Assembly: GCA_963710125.1 (NCBI GenBank)
Contig: CAVPZH010000016.1
Span: forward strand, 72,915-136,914
Direction: 5' to 3'
From: an uncultured Actinomycetes bacterium
Lineage (GTDB): Bacteria; Actinomycetota; Thermoleophilia; Gaiellales; Gaiellaceae
Length of the DNA stretch: 64,000 nt
The notes under the pieces are model-generated. The model was not told where the DNA came from and searched no databases. It saw only the letters and a list, made by a program, of their open reading frames with translations. The translations under genes and the position numbers were made by a program. Shown in pieces: positions 36,629 to 45,293 of the stretch (within the stretch, counting starts at the first letter, position 1; each line of letters opens with the position of its first letter).

Positions 36629-38231
36629 CGGTTTCGTAGTCGAGCCGGGAGTCCTCGAGGTCGAGGTCGCGCTCGACCCGACGCATCACCTCGTCGCTGA
36701 TCTCCCCGGTGTTGCGCATCTCGACCACCGCATGACGCTCGGCCTCGAGCAGCTCGCGGCGGAGCTTCTGGTACTTCATCGACTGCTTTTCGATCCTTCC
36801 GTCTCCGTCCGGGTCCATGCGGTCGGTGAACCGGTCGATCCGGAACCGGTACAGCCCGCGCAGCCGCTCCGCCGTGTCGTCGCGCACCCACGCCTCGTCG
36901 ACGAGCTCGTCGAGACGCGCGAGTGCGGCCTCCGCCGCGCGGACCCGCGCCAGCGCCTCCTCGGCATCGGCGCCGCCGTCGTCGGCTTCCAGCCGCAGCG
37001 CCCTGATCACGAGGGGGAGCGAGAGACCCTGCACGACGAGGGTCGCGAGCACCACGGTGAAGGCGAGGAAGACGATCAGGTCCCGGTCGGGGAACGGCAG
37101 GCCGGCATCCGTGCGCAGGGGGATGAGCAGCGCGGCCGCGATCGTCACGGCCCCGCGCATCCCGTTCCACGCGATGAACGCCGGGTAGCGCCACGGGGGC
37201 ATGGGGTCGCGCTCGCGCACCCTCCGGATCAGCCACCGTGGCAGGTACGCGACCGCGAAGACGCCGATCACACGGAGGACGACGACCGCGAGCACGGTCG
37301 CGACCGCATAGCCGAGGAGCGACCAGGCACCAAGCCCGGAGAGCGCGTCGAGGATGGGACGCAGCTGGAGCCCCACGAGCCCGAACAGCAGCACGTTGAG
37401 CAGGAACGTGAGGATCTCCCAGAACGCCCGTCCCTGCAGTCGAGTCTGCACGGTCGTGAGCTCGGGGGTGTACCAGCCCATGTAGACGCCGGCCGCCACG
37501 ACGGCGAGCACCCCCGAGACGTCCAGCGCCGAGGCGGGGAGGAAGGCGAAGTAGCCCGTGAGGAACGCGATCGTGACCTCGAGCGGCGGGTTGTCGAGCG
37601 CACGCCGCACGCGGCGAACGACGTACCCGACGGCCAGCCCGACCGCGATCCCCCCGACGATCGTGATCACGAGGTCCGCTCCAGCCGACCACGCGGAGAA
37701 CGACCCGGCAACCGCGGCGAGAAGCGCAGTCCGCAGCAGGACGAGCGCGGTCCCGTCGTTCAGGAGGCTCTCGCCCTCGACGATGTCGATCAGCCGCCGA
37801 GGCACGCCGAAACGCCGCCCGATCGCGGTCGCCGCGATGGGGTCGGTCGGCGAGACGACGGCGCCGAGCACGAACGCCTCCGCCCAGCCGAGGCCGGCGG
37901 CGGCGTGCACGACGACTGCGACGCCTGCGGTCGTCGCGGCCACCAGGCCGACCGCGAGCAGCGAGATCGGTCGGAGGTTCTGCCGCAGCTCCCGTAGGCC
38001 GGTGAAGTAGGCGGACACGTAGAGGAGGGGCGGGAGCACGCCGACGAGCACGAGCTGCGGCGGCATCGTCACGGTCGGGACGCCCGGCGCGAATCCGAGC
38101 AGCAGGCCTCCCAGCACGAGGAGGATCGGGTACGGGATGCGGAGCGGGCCGGCAAGGATCAGGAGCGCCGCCGCCGACGCCAGCAGCGCGAGGAGCTGAA
38201 GCTCCTGCCGAGCCCCGAACTCGAGGATCAT
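36618..38231 (-). CDS. Na+/H+ antiporter (CPA1 family) with a C-terminal cytoplasmic tail
   Basis: 537 aa, of which about 400 aa are polytopic, followed by a charged tail. It is convergent with the GGDEF-EAL gene and overlaps it by 11 nt. Confidence 0.9.
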   Translation of the reverse strand: MILEFGARQELQLLALLASAAALLILAGPLRIPYPILLVLGGLLLGFAPGVPTVTMPPQLVLVGVLPPLLYVSAYFTGLRELRQNLRPISLLAVGLVAATTAGVAVVVHAAAGLGWAEAFVLGAVVSPTDPIAATAIGRRFGVPRRLIDIVEGESLLNDGTALVLLRTALLAAVAGSFSAWSAGADLVITIVGGIAVGLAVGYVVRRVRRALDNPPLEVTIAFLTGYFAFLPASALDVSGVLAVVAAGVYMGWYTPELTTVQTRLQGRAFWEILTFLLNVLLFGLVGLQLRPILDALSGLGAWSLLGYAVATVLAVVVLRVIGVFAVAYLPRWLIRRVRERDPMPPWRYPAFIAWNGMRGAVTIAAALLIPLRTDAGLPFPDRDLIVFLAFTVVLATLVVQGLSLPLVIRALRLEADDGGADAEEALARVRAAEAALARLDELVDEAWVRDDTAERLRGLYRFRIDRFTDRMDPDGDGRIEKQSMKYQKLRRELLEAERHAVVEMRNTGEISDEVMRRVERDLDLEDSRLDYETARR

Positions 38232-38261
38232 CGCGACACCGTATGCGTTCCGGTTCGACGC

Positions 38262-38798
38262 TCAGTGGGTCGTCACGAGCAGCTTCAGACCGATCAGGAC
38301 GACGCCGAGCGCGACGTTCGCGCCGACGATCGCCATCGTGCCGAGCCAGCCCAGCCGCTCGACCCGCGCGAAGACGATTCCCTGTACCGCGAGCACGACC
38401 AGCCCGACCGCCACCGCGACCCACACCGCGCTCTGCGTGGAGAGCACCCCGACCGCCCCGAGCAGGAGCGCCGCGACCGGCGGCACCGCCGCCTCCAACA
38501 GCGAAGCCTCCCGGCGGGCGATCCGACCGAGGGTCGCGAGCGAGAGATGACGGTCGTGCGAGACCGCGTACGCGACCGAGTGCGAGTACACGTGCGCGAC
38601 CCAGAAGACGACCGACGTGACCGCCGCCAGCACCGCGATCTTGCCGGCCTCGTGCGGGTAGGCCCTCGCCCCCGCCACGACGACCGCCAGCACGACGATC
38701 GTCCCGTAGATGAAGCCGCCGAGCCGCTCGCCCATCGTCGCGCGGCCGAGACGGACGATCCCCGAGGGTTGCGTCTCACCGGCCACCGCCCGCATCAT
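38262..38798 (-). CDS. Integral membrane protein of unknown function
   Basis: Hydrophobic core GGFIYGTIVVLAVVVAG..VLAAVTSVVFWVAHVYSH..VWVAVAVGLVVLAVQGIVF.. The start is uncertain (Met at 38798 or 38735), and the longer ORF start looks like read-through. Confidence 0.6.
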   Translation of the reverse strand: MMRAVAGETQPSGIVRLGRATMGERLGGFIYGTIVVLAVVVAGARAYPHEAGKIAVLAAVTSVVFWVAHVYSHSVAYAVSHDRHLSLATLGRIARREASLLEAAVPPVAALLLGAVGVLSTQSAVWVAVAVGLVVLAVQGIVFARVERLGWLGTMAIVGANVALGVVLIGLKLLVTTH

Positions 38799-38874
38799 CC
38801 CATCGCTCCCGGCCGGCGGATTCCCTCCCGAAGGTGCGCCTCGCGTCGTGCTGCGCGGGTACGTTTTGACGCCG

Positions 38875-40698
38875 ATGCCCGAACCGAGCCCGTCCCGGCC
38901 AGCGGCTCGGGACTCGAACGATGCGGTCGAGACGGCCGCGCCGCCGTCCGGCCGGTCCGGCGTCGGCGTCCTCGTGCTCACCGCGCCCGTCGCCGAAGGG
39001 CATCTCGCGGCCGCACGCGCCCTGTCCGAGGGGATCGCGGGCACGAGCGAGGGCGTCGTGGTCGTGCGGGACGCGCTCGACGCGCTCCCCCGACCCGTGC
39101 GCTGGCTGCTGGCCGACGCCTACAGATGGCAGCTGGGGGCAGCTCCATGGTTGTTCGACTGGCTGTTCGCCGGCCTGCGTCGCAGTCGCGTGCTCCGCTC
39201 GCTCGCGCGGACGGCTCTGTCGGTCGCCGGCTCGCGCGCGCTGCTCCGGCTCGTCCGGCGACACCGCCCGGACGTGGTCGTCTCCACCTGGCCCCCGGCC
39301 TCGCTCATCCTCGGCTGTCTCAGGTTGCGCGGCAAGGTGCGCGTGCCCGTCTGCGCCGCGATCACGGACTTCGCGGGTCTGGAGCTGTGGGCGGATCGCG
39401 GCGTCGACCTCCACCTCGTGATGCACGAGAGCCTCGTGCCGAAGGTCGAGCGCGTTGCAGGCCCGGGCAGCGCGAGGCTCGTCGAGCCACTCGTCTCGCC
39501 GCAGTTCCTCGTCCCACGGTCGTCCGTGGAGGCGCGGCGGGCGCTTGGCCTGCCCACGGACGCACGGGTCGTCGTCGTCTCCGGGGGCGGCTGGGCGGTC
39601 GGAGACCTCGAGGGCGCGGTTGCGACGGCGCTCGAGATCGAGGATGCCGTCGTGGTCTGCCTCGCCGGTCGCGGGGCCGCCGCCCGCGTGCGGCTGACGG
39701 GCGCGTTCGCCGGCGAGCCACGGGTGACCGTGCTCGGGTTCACCGACCAGATGAGTGACCTGCTCGCCGCCGCCGACGTGCTCGTGCACTCCACCGGTGG
39801 GGTGACGTGCCTCGAGGCGCTCGTCCGCGGCTGCCCGATCGTCGCCTATGGCTCGCCACCCGGACACACGCGCCTGCTGGCGGAGGAGATGGAGGCACTG
39901 GGACTCGTCGCCTACGCACGCTCGTCCGCAGAGCTCCGGGCGGCGCTGGCCGCCGCAGACGCGCGACCCGCCGACTTCCAGTCGGGCGGCGGCGACCTTG
40001 CGAGCGCCGTCCTCGCGGCCGTGCCCCGCGTCGTGGTTCGGCTCCGCGCGCGACTCGCGAGAACCACCGCCACCGCGTGTGCGTTGGCGACCGCACTCTT
40101 CGTGCTCCTGGCGAGCGACGCGACGTATCCCGTGGTGTCAGAGGCGCTCGCGTTCCACGAAAGCAGCTCGATCTCCTCGAACGTGGGGTCCGTGGCGCTC
40201 GTCGTCCGCGGCCAGCGACGGGACCTGCTGGCGCTCGCGCCGCTCGCCCGCCGCGCGCATCTGCGGGCGTCGGTCGTCGTCAGCGGAAGTCTCAGCGCTC
40301 AGGACGTCGCCGTCCTCCGCGCCGCCGGCCTCGACCCGATCCCGGAGCTTCGTGCGCGAGGAATCCTCTCCTGGTTCGAGACGTCGAGGCAGCTCGAGGA
40401 GCAGCGCGCCCGCTACTCCCTTCCGGAGTCGTTCTACTACCTCGCCCCTCACGAGGGGTTCACCTTCGGCGGCTACCTCGTCGCTCGCCACGTCGGGGGC
40501 CGGCCGATCCAGATCGGCCACACCATTCCGCTCGACGGAGGCCCGCCCGGCTCGGTGCATGCCGGCGAGGTCGTGGCCGCGACCCTCGAGCCGGGTGTCC
40601 GTGACGCCCCGCGGCTGGTCGAGGCGGTCACCCGACTCGAGCGCGCGGGTCTCGGGGTCTCCTCAGTTCGGGCGCTGACCTCCCGAACGGCCCCTTGA
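38875..40698 (+). CDS. GT28/MGDG-synthase-like glycosyltransferase fused, via a TM helix, to a C-terminal domain of about 200 aa of unknown function
   Basis: The N-terminal part has VGVLVLTAPVAEGHLAAARAL, ..VVVSTWP.., ..VVVSGGGWAVGDL.. and ..LVHSTGGVTCLEAL.. A TM helix (TATACALATALFVLLA) follows, then a globular tail. Confidence 0.75.
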   Translation: MPEPSPSRPAARDSNDAVETAAPPSGRSGVGVLVLTAPVAEGHLAAARALSEGIAGTSEGVVVVRDALDALPRPVRWLLADAYRWQLGAAPWLFDWLFAGLRRSRVLRSLARTALSVAGSRALLRLVRRHRPDVVVSTWPPASLILGCLRLRGKVRVPVCAAITDFAGLELWADRGVDLHLVMHESLVPKVERVAGPGSARLVEPLVSPQFLVPRSSVEARRALGLPTDARVVVVSGGGWAVGDLEGAVATALEIEDAVVVCLAGRGAAARVRLTGAFAGEPRVTVLGFTDQMSDLLAAADVLVHSTGGVTCLEALVRGCPIVAYGSPPGHTRLLAEEMEALGLVAYARSSAELRAALAAADARPADFQSGGGDLASAVLAAVPRVVVRLRARLARTTATACALATALFVLLASDATYPVVSEALAFHESSSISSNVGSVALVVRGQRRDLLALAPLARRAHLRASVVVSGSLSAQDVAVLRAAGLDPIPELRARGILSWFETSRQLEEQRARYSLPESFYYLAPHEGFTFGGYLVARHVGGRPIQIGHTIPLDGGPPGSVHAGEVVAATLEPGVRDAPRLVEAVTRLERAGLGVSSVRALTSRTAP

Positions 40699-41411
40699 TC
40701 GCGACCAGATCGGTCTCGGTTGCCGCCTGCGGCCTCGTCGCGGTCCAGTGGGCCCCGGCCGGCGCGGCCCACTCACCGCACCTCGCTCGGGCCCTCGGGA
40801 TCGCGACGCGACTTGCCGGCGATCCAGGCGTGCTGCTCACGTTCGACGACGGCCCCCATCTGCTCGGCACCCCCGCAGCTCTCTCTGCGCTCGAGCGTCT
40901 GGAGGCACGCGCGGTCTTCTTCGTCAGCGGCGACCAGGCCGTGCTGCGTCCCGAGATCGTCAGGGAGACAGCGGCCGCAGGTCACGAGGTCGCGCTGCAC
41001 GGATACCGGCACGAGACGCGCCGCCAGCTGAGTCGCAGGGTGCTCTGGGACGACACGCGCAGAGCGATGGACGCGGTCTGTGCGGCCTCGGGGACGGTTC
41101 CCCGCCTCTACCGACCTCCACACGGTGTGTTCACGCTCACGGGGCTGAGGCTCGTCCGCAGCCTCGGCCTCACGCCGTTGCTCTGGTCGAGGTGGGGACG
41201 CGACTGGGAACGGCGGGCGACGTCGTCGAGCATCGCGCGCCGCGCCGCCGCCGGGATCCGTGCCGGTGACGTCGTGCTTCTGCACGACGCGGACCACCAC
41301 GGCGCGCGGGGCAGCTGGCGGAGGACCGTCGCGGCGCTCCCGGAGATCCGCGACCGCGTCGAGGCGGCGGGCCTCCGCTGGGCTCGAGTACCGCCAACGT
41401 CCGGGGCGTAG
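40695..41411 (+). CDS. Polysaccharide deacetylase (NodB homology domain)
   Basis: LLTFDDGPH motif 1, HGYRHE motif 2 and LYRPPHG motif 3. The TTG start overlaps the upstream stop, and there is an N-terminal hydrophobic segment. Confidence 0.85.
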   Translation: MIATRSVSVAACGLVAVQWAPAGAAHSPHLARALGIATRLAGDPGVLLTFDDGPHLLGTPAALSALERLEARAVFFVSGDQAVLRPEIVRETAAAGHEVALHGYRHETRRQLSRRVLWDDTRRAMDAVCAASGTVPRLYRPPHGVFTLTGLRLVRSLGLTPLLWSRWGRDWERRATSSSIARRAAAGIRAGDVVLLHDADHHGARGSWRRTVAALPEIRDRVEAAGLRWARVPPTSGA

Positions 41412-41447
41412 CCTCGTCAGGCTTCCGGCGGCATCCGGCAGCGCCGG

Positions 41448-41894
41448 CTACGAACGACGGGGTGCGGGCTCGACGAGGAGGACGAGACCCTCGCGTCCGA
41501 TGACGACGACGGGCTCTCCCCGGCCCGCTCCGTCCGCGCACCGGGCCTGCCAGATCTCACCGCCCAGGCGCACCTGGCCGTCCGGACGACAGTCGGAGAT
41601 CGCCGCACCCGTCCGGCCGATCAGCGTCTCGGCGCCCGCGGTCGCGTGACGGTGCCGGACCGTCCTGTTCCAGAACAGGACCTCTCCGAGGAAGACCGCG
41701 AGGCAGGCGGCGAACGCCACGGTGTTCCACGGCGAGGGCAGCAGGAGGACGAGCACGATCCCGACCAGGAGAAACACCGCCCGAAGCGTACTGCGGGCCG
41801 CGACGCCCGACCATGAGGGGGCGTGGCCCGTACGACGTGGCTGGGCCGGGTTCCCACGGGGCACCCGGCGAAGTGCGGACGGGCGACCTCGCAA
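41448..41894 (-). CDS. NfeD-family membrane protein (C-terminal OB-fold domain)
   Basis: TM segments FLLVGIVLVLLLPSPWNTVAFAACLAVFLGEVLFW, then ..LIGRTGAAISDCRPDGQVRLGGEIWQARC..GEPVVVIGREGLVLLVEP. The true start is probably internal to the ORF. Confidence 0.6.
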   Translation of the reverse strand: MRGRPSALRRVPRGNPAQPRRTGHAPSWSGVAARSTLRAVFLLVGIVLVLLLPSPWNTVAFAACLAVFLGEVLFWNRTVRHRHATAGAETLIGRTGAAISDCRPDGQVRLGGEIWQARCADGAGRGEPVVVIGREGLVLLVEPAPRRS

Positions 41895-41915
41895 GCCTGG
41901 CCGCGCGCGGCTCGG

Positions 41916-42200
41916 TCAGCGCTTGGCGCGGCCCGAGTGGTTCGGCTTGTGGCGCACCGCACGCGAGCCACGCGTCGGGTCGCGGACGCAGGCGCTCGAT
42001 CCCGACCTGAGGACGACGACCTCGCACGACCGTTCCGTGCGGTGCTGATTGTCGAAGGCCGGCAGCGCGACGAACCAGACGGCCGCGACTGCGAGCCCCA
42101 GGACGAGGATCAGCAGCGGCAGCACCGGGCTGGGCGCGCGGGAATGCTCGTTCGCAACCGCAACGCCGGCTCCGCCGTACGCAGGTCTGGCCGCAGACAC
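41916..42200 (-). CDS. Small single-pass membrane protein, hypothetical
   Basis: 94 aa with good GC3 codon usage and one TM segment (VLPLLILVLGLAVAAVWFVALPAF). Confidence 0.4.
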   Translation of the reverse strand: MSAARPAYGGAGVAVANEHSRAPSPVLPLLILVLGLAVAAVWFVALPAFDNQHRTERSCEVVVLRSGSSACVRDPTRGSRAVRHKPNHSGRAKR

Positions 42201-42353
42201 GTTTCCTGTGTCGGCAGGAAACAGGCCCGCCTGATGCCTCGTTCGGGGGGCGTGGCCGCGGGCCGGCTTGGACGACCGCGTCCTACTGGCAACGCGATCG
42301 CACGCGGCGGAAGACCGCGGCGCTCTGCGAACCGGCCCCTGCGCCGACGAGCG

Positions 42354-42602
42354 CTACGACCCTGTGCGATCGCGACGTCGCGTGCGGCGGCTGTGCAACG
42401 CCGCCCCGACCGCGACCACCAGCACCATCCACACGACCGCCCACACTGGGCCTCCGAAGGCGAGCGCGACGACCGCTCCCGATCCGCCGACCACCCCGAC
42501 GGTGCTGTACGCACCGGTGCGCGGGTCGCTGCGGTTGACGCGGGTGAGCCTGGCATCCCGCGGTCGGGAGCCGGACGGTCTCGGAGGCTCAAACCCCGGC
42601 AT
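42354..42602 (-). CDS. Small membrane protein, hypothetical
   Basis: 82 aa from the ATG at 42602. It has Gly-rich TM segments (VGVVGGSGAVVALAFGGPVWAVVWMVLVVAVGAAL) and a basic tail, with typical codon usage. Confidence 0.3.
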   Translation of the reverse strand: MPGFEPPRPSGSRPRDARLTRVNRSDPRTGAYSTVGVVGGSGAVVALAFGGPVWAVVWMVLVVAVGAALHSRRTRRRDRTGS

Positions 42603-42812
42603 CGCCTGGAGACCATCCGAGGAGAAACATCGCCTCGCGAAGTGTATCTCCAGGCCAGGTTGGGAAGCCTCCCGCCAGAAGCTCGCCGGGTACGCGCTGG
42701 GGGCGGGCCCGAGTCGGACAGCGACCTCGGCCGGACCCTGGCGGCCGGACTCGGGCGCCGCGCTCACCCCGAGGCTCCACCTGTCGGATGGTCGCGTGGT
42801 TAGCCTTGAGCC

Positions 42813-43220
42813 ATGTGGAGGTCCCTGGCAACCTTGCTCGCCGTGGTCGTGCTCGCAGGCTGCGGCGGCTCTCCCGACGACCACCGGGCCGAGAAGACGT
42901 TGACCGTTCCCGCCTACGGCCCCTATCCGGCGATGACCGTTCCCGTCGCTCCCGGAACGTCGGCGTTGTGCCGGGCGAAGGCGGATGCGTTCAGCCGGGC
43001 GGCGGCGGGGTTCCTCCTCCCCTTCCCGTCGGACGCCGACAACTACCGGGTGCTCGCGCGTGTCCAGTTCACGGCGTTCAGGGCCCACCTGTGCGACGTC
43101 GCCGTTCTCCGCGAGGCGCTCTCGCGCCGCCTGACCGCGAAACAACTGCGAGACGTCCTCGCGTTCTTCGGCTTCATGGGCGAGATCGGCCGAGACCTGG
43201 CGAAAGCCCCGCAGCACTGA
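42813..43220 (+). CDS. Lipoprotein of unknown function
   Basis: Signal peptide with lipobox MWRSLATLLAVVVLAGC. 135 aa. Confidence 0.75.
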   Translation: MWRSLATLLAVVVLAGCGGSPDDHRAEKTLTVPAYGPYPAMTVPVAPGTSALCRAKADAFSRAAAGFLLPFPSDADNYRVLARVQFTAFRAHLCDVAVLREALSRRLTAKQLRDVLAFFGFMGEIGRDLAKAPQH

Positions 43221-43334
43221 GCGCCTCCACCGGCGGGAAGACCATCGTCATCGGAACGATCCCCGCGTCACGCGAGCGGTCGGGTGGCCCGATCGTCGGG
43301 CATGGCGATCGGGCTCGCTTTAGACTCGCCCGCA

Positions 43335-43653
43335 GCGGTGGACTTCGACACGATGACCGAGCGCGCGCTCGCGACGCGCGACCGATACGAGGCACACGAG
43401 GTGAAGCTGTACCGGTCGACCGTGGTCGCTCGAGGACTTGACGCTCGGGCTGGTGGGCGATGTGGGCGACCTCGCCAAACTGATCCAGGCCCATGAGGGC
43501 GTGCGGCAGATCGACGGAGCCAGGGCGGCGCTGGAGCACGAACTCGCGGATGTTCTCTGGTCGGTGATCGTCATCGCAAACCGCTGCAACGTCGACCTCG
43601 GCGCGGCGTTCGCGAGCATGATGGACGAGCTCGAGCGGGCCCTCGCATCCTGA
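43335..43653 (+). pseudogene. MazG-like nucleotide pyrophosphohydrolase, interrupted by a +1 frameshift near 43413
   Basis: The frame-0 piece MTERALATRDRYEAHEVKLY joins the frame-1 piece (GRPWS)LEDLTLGLVGDVGDLAKLIQAHEG...HELADVLWSVIVIANRCNVDL if one C of TACCGG (43412-43413) is removed. Confidence 0.6.
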
Positions 43654-43745
43654 ACCGTCCCTCCGGCTTGCAGCATCCGCATGCGAGGAGACGTTGGAGC
43701 CGCAGCTGAGCGGCGGGAGCGGCAGGCGTCGCCCGTCTGCAGTTC

Positions 43746-44654
43746 TCAGGCGGTTCGGCCGGGGTCGGTCGGCTCACCGGGCCGGCTGCTCTCCTCGAGC
43801 ACGAGGTCGTTCTCGACCGAGCACCATGATCCACTGACACCCGCGGGCCGCTCGGGGTCGTCGTCGGAGCGGCGGACGAAGTCGCGGAGCAGCGACGGCT
43901 TCACCGCGAAGACGGCGTCCGAGTCGAGGTACTCGCTCTCGGCGTCGAAGATGTGCGTGGCAACGGTGCGGTATCCCGGTGCGCGGACGATCATGTGGAT
44001 GTGGGCCGGGCGCCAAGGATGGCGTCCGGTCGCGGCGAGCATGCGTCCGACCGGGCCGTCGTCGGGGATCGTGTACGGCACCGGACGAACTGCCAGAAAC
44101 GCGTAGCTCCCGTCGTCGCGTGTACGGAAGCGACCCCGCAGATGGTGCTCGGGGGCGTCCGGGTTCTGGACCGCGTACAGGCGGTCGTCGCCGTTCTGCC
44201 AGACGTCGAGCTCGGCGCCTGCGATCGGCCTTCCGCTCACGTCGCGGACGTATCCGTGCACCCACGCGGGCTCGCCCGCCGGTTCCTCGGCGATGGAGGC
44301 CCCCACCTCGCGCACGTCCGCCCCCGGGACGTAGAAGGGCCCGAGCACCGTCGACTCGGTCGCCCCCTGGGAGCCCGTGTTCTCCAGTGCATCGACCAGC
44401 ATCGACAACCCGAGAGCGTCGGACCAGAGAATGAACTCCTGCCGCCGGTCGTCCGTGATGTGGCCCGTCTCGGTGAGAGTTCGGATCCCCGCCTCCCATT
44501 CGTCCTGCGTCAGCTCGACCTCCGTTGCGAACGCGTGCAGGTGCGACGCGAGGCTTTGCATGACGCGCCGCAGCCTCTCGCTCTCGCAACGATCGAAGCT
44601 GGCGACCGCCGCGCGACTGATGTCCGTCGGCGTCGTCGAACCTGCTGTACCCAT
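43746..44654 (-). CDS. Intradiol ring-cleavage dioxygenase (hydroxyquinol/catechol 1,2-dioxygenase type)
   Basis: Blocks TESTVLGPFYVPG, VHGYVRDVSGRPIAGAELDVWQ, YAFLAVRPVPYTIP and RPAHIHMIV. The start is at MGTAGS (44654). Confidence 0.9.
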   Translation of the reverse strand: MGTAGSTTPTDISRAAVASFDRCESERLRRVMQSLASHLHAFATEVELTQDEWEAGIRTLTETGHITDDRRQEFILWSDALGLSMLVDALENTGSQGATESTVLGPFYVPGADVREVGASIAEEPAGEPAWVHGYVRDVSGRPIAGAELDVWQNGDDRLYAVQNPDAPEHHLRGRFRTRDDGSYAFLAVRPVPYTIPDDGPVGRMLAATGRHPWRPAHIHMIVRAPGYRTVATHIFDAESEYLDSDAVFAVKPSLLRDFVRRSDDDPERPAGVSGSWCSVENDLVLEESSRPGEPTDPGRTA

Positions 44655-44875
44655 TGCGGCTCCTCCCGTGTGTGCCGTGAGCCGAAGATCCGCAGCTCTG
44701 GCCGACCACCTGCACGCGGCGGGCCGGTGGGGTTCGCTGCGGATCTCGAGCAAGGCCAGCATGACACCGGCTTCGCCCTGCGCACCGGCTCCCTCCGACG
44801 TCGGCGCTCACCGAACACGTGGTCTGCCCACAGGCAATTTGTAACGAACGCAACAAAACTGTACCGTCGGCGGAG

Positions 44876-45223
44876 GTGCGTTGGCTCGCGTTCCTCGCCG
44901 TCGTTGCAGCAGCCTTCGGGAGCCAGGTCTCCTCGGCGGCCCCGGGCACGGTCCCCGGACAACTCGTGGGAACCTGGACGAACGCGGGCTACGTCCTGAC
45001 GGTCAAGGCGAACGGCAAGGCCGTCTTCAAGCTGGGGCCGGAGGTGATCCCCGAGACCGTCGCCGGAACACCGACTCGCGTGTCGTTCGGCGCCGCAGGC
45101 GTCTGCTTGAGGAAGGGCTCCTACTCGTGGAAGCGCACGGGTCGGTCGCTCACGCTGCGGCCGGCGGGCGAGCCGTGCAGCGTCCGCCGTTCGTTCCTCA
45201 CCGTTGCCTGGACCCGGAGGTAG
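44876..45223 (+). CDS. Small secreted protein, hypothetical
   Basis: Signal-like VRWLAFLAVVAAAFGSQVSSAAPG. The start is uncertain, because the part of the ORF upstream of 44876 has AT-rich third positions. Confidence 0.5.
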   Translation: MRWLAFLAVVAAAFGSQVSSAAPGTVPGQLVGTWTNAGYVLTVKANGKAVFKLGPEVIPETVAGTPTRVSFGAAGVCLRKGSYSWKRTGRSLTLRPAGEPCSVRRSFLTVAWTRR

Positions 45224-45293
45224 CGGAGGACGCCGGGGTTCAGCGCGGGGGTCGCTTCCGAGTCGAAGAGGAACGCGAACGTAAGGAGGAACG

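Noticed and set aside
41448-42602. NfeD/SPFH (stomatin) operon
   Set aside because: Only the NfeD-like gene is present. The neighbouring small ORFs are single- or double-TM proteins with no SPFH domain, so no such operon is claimed.
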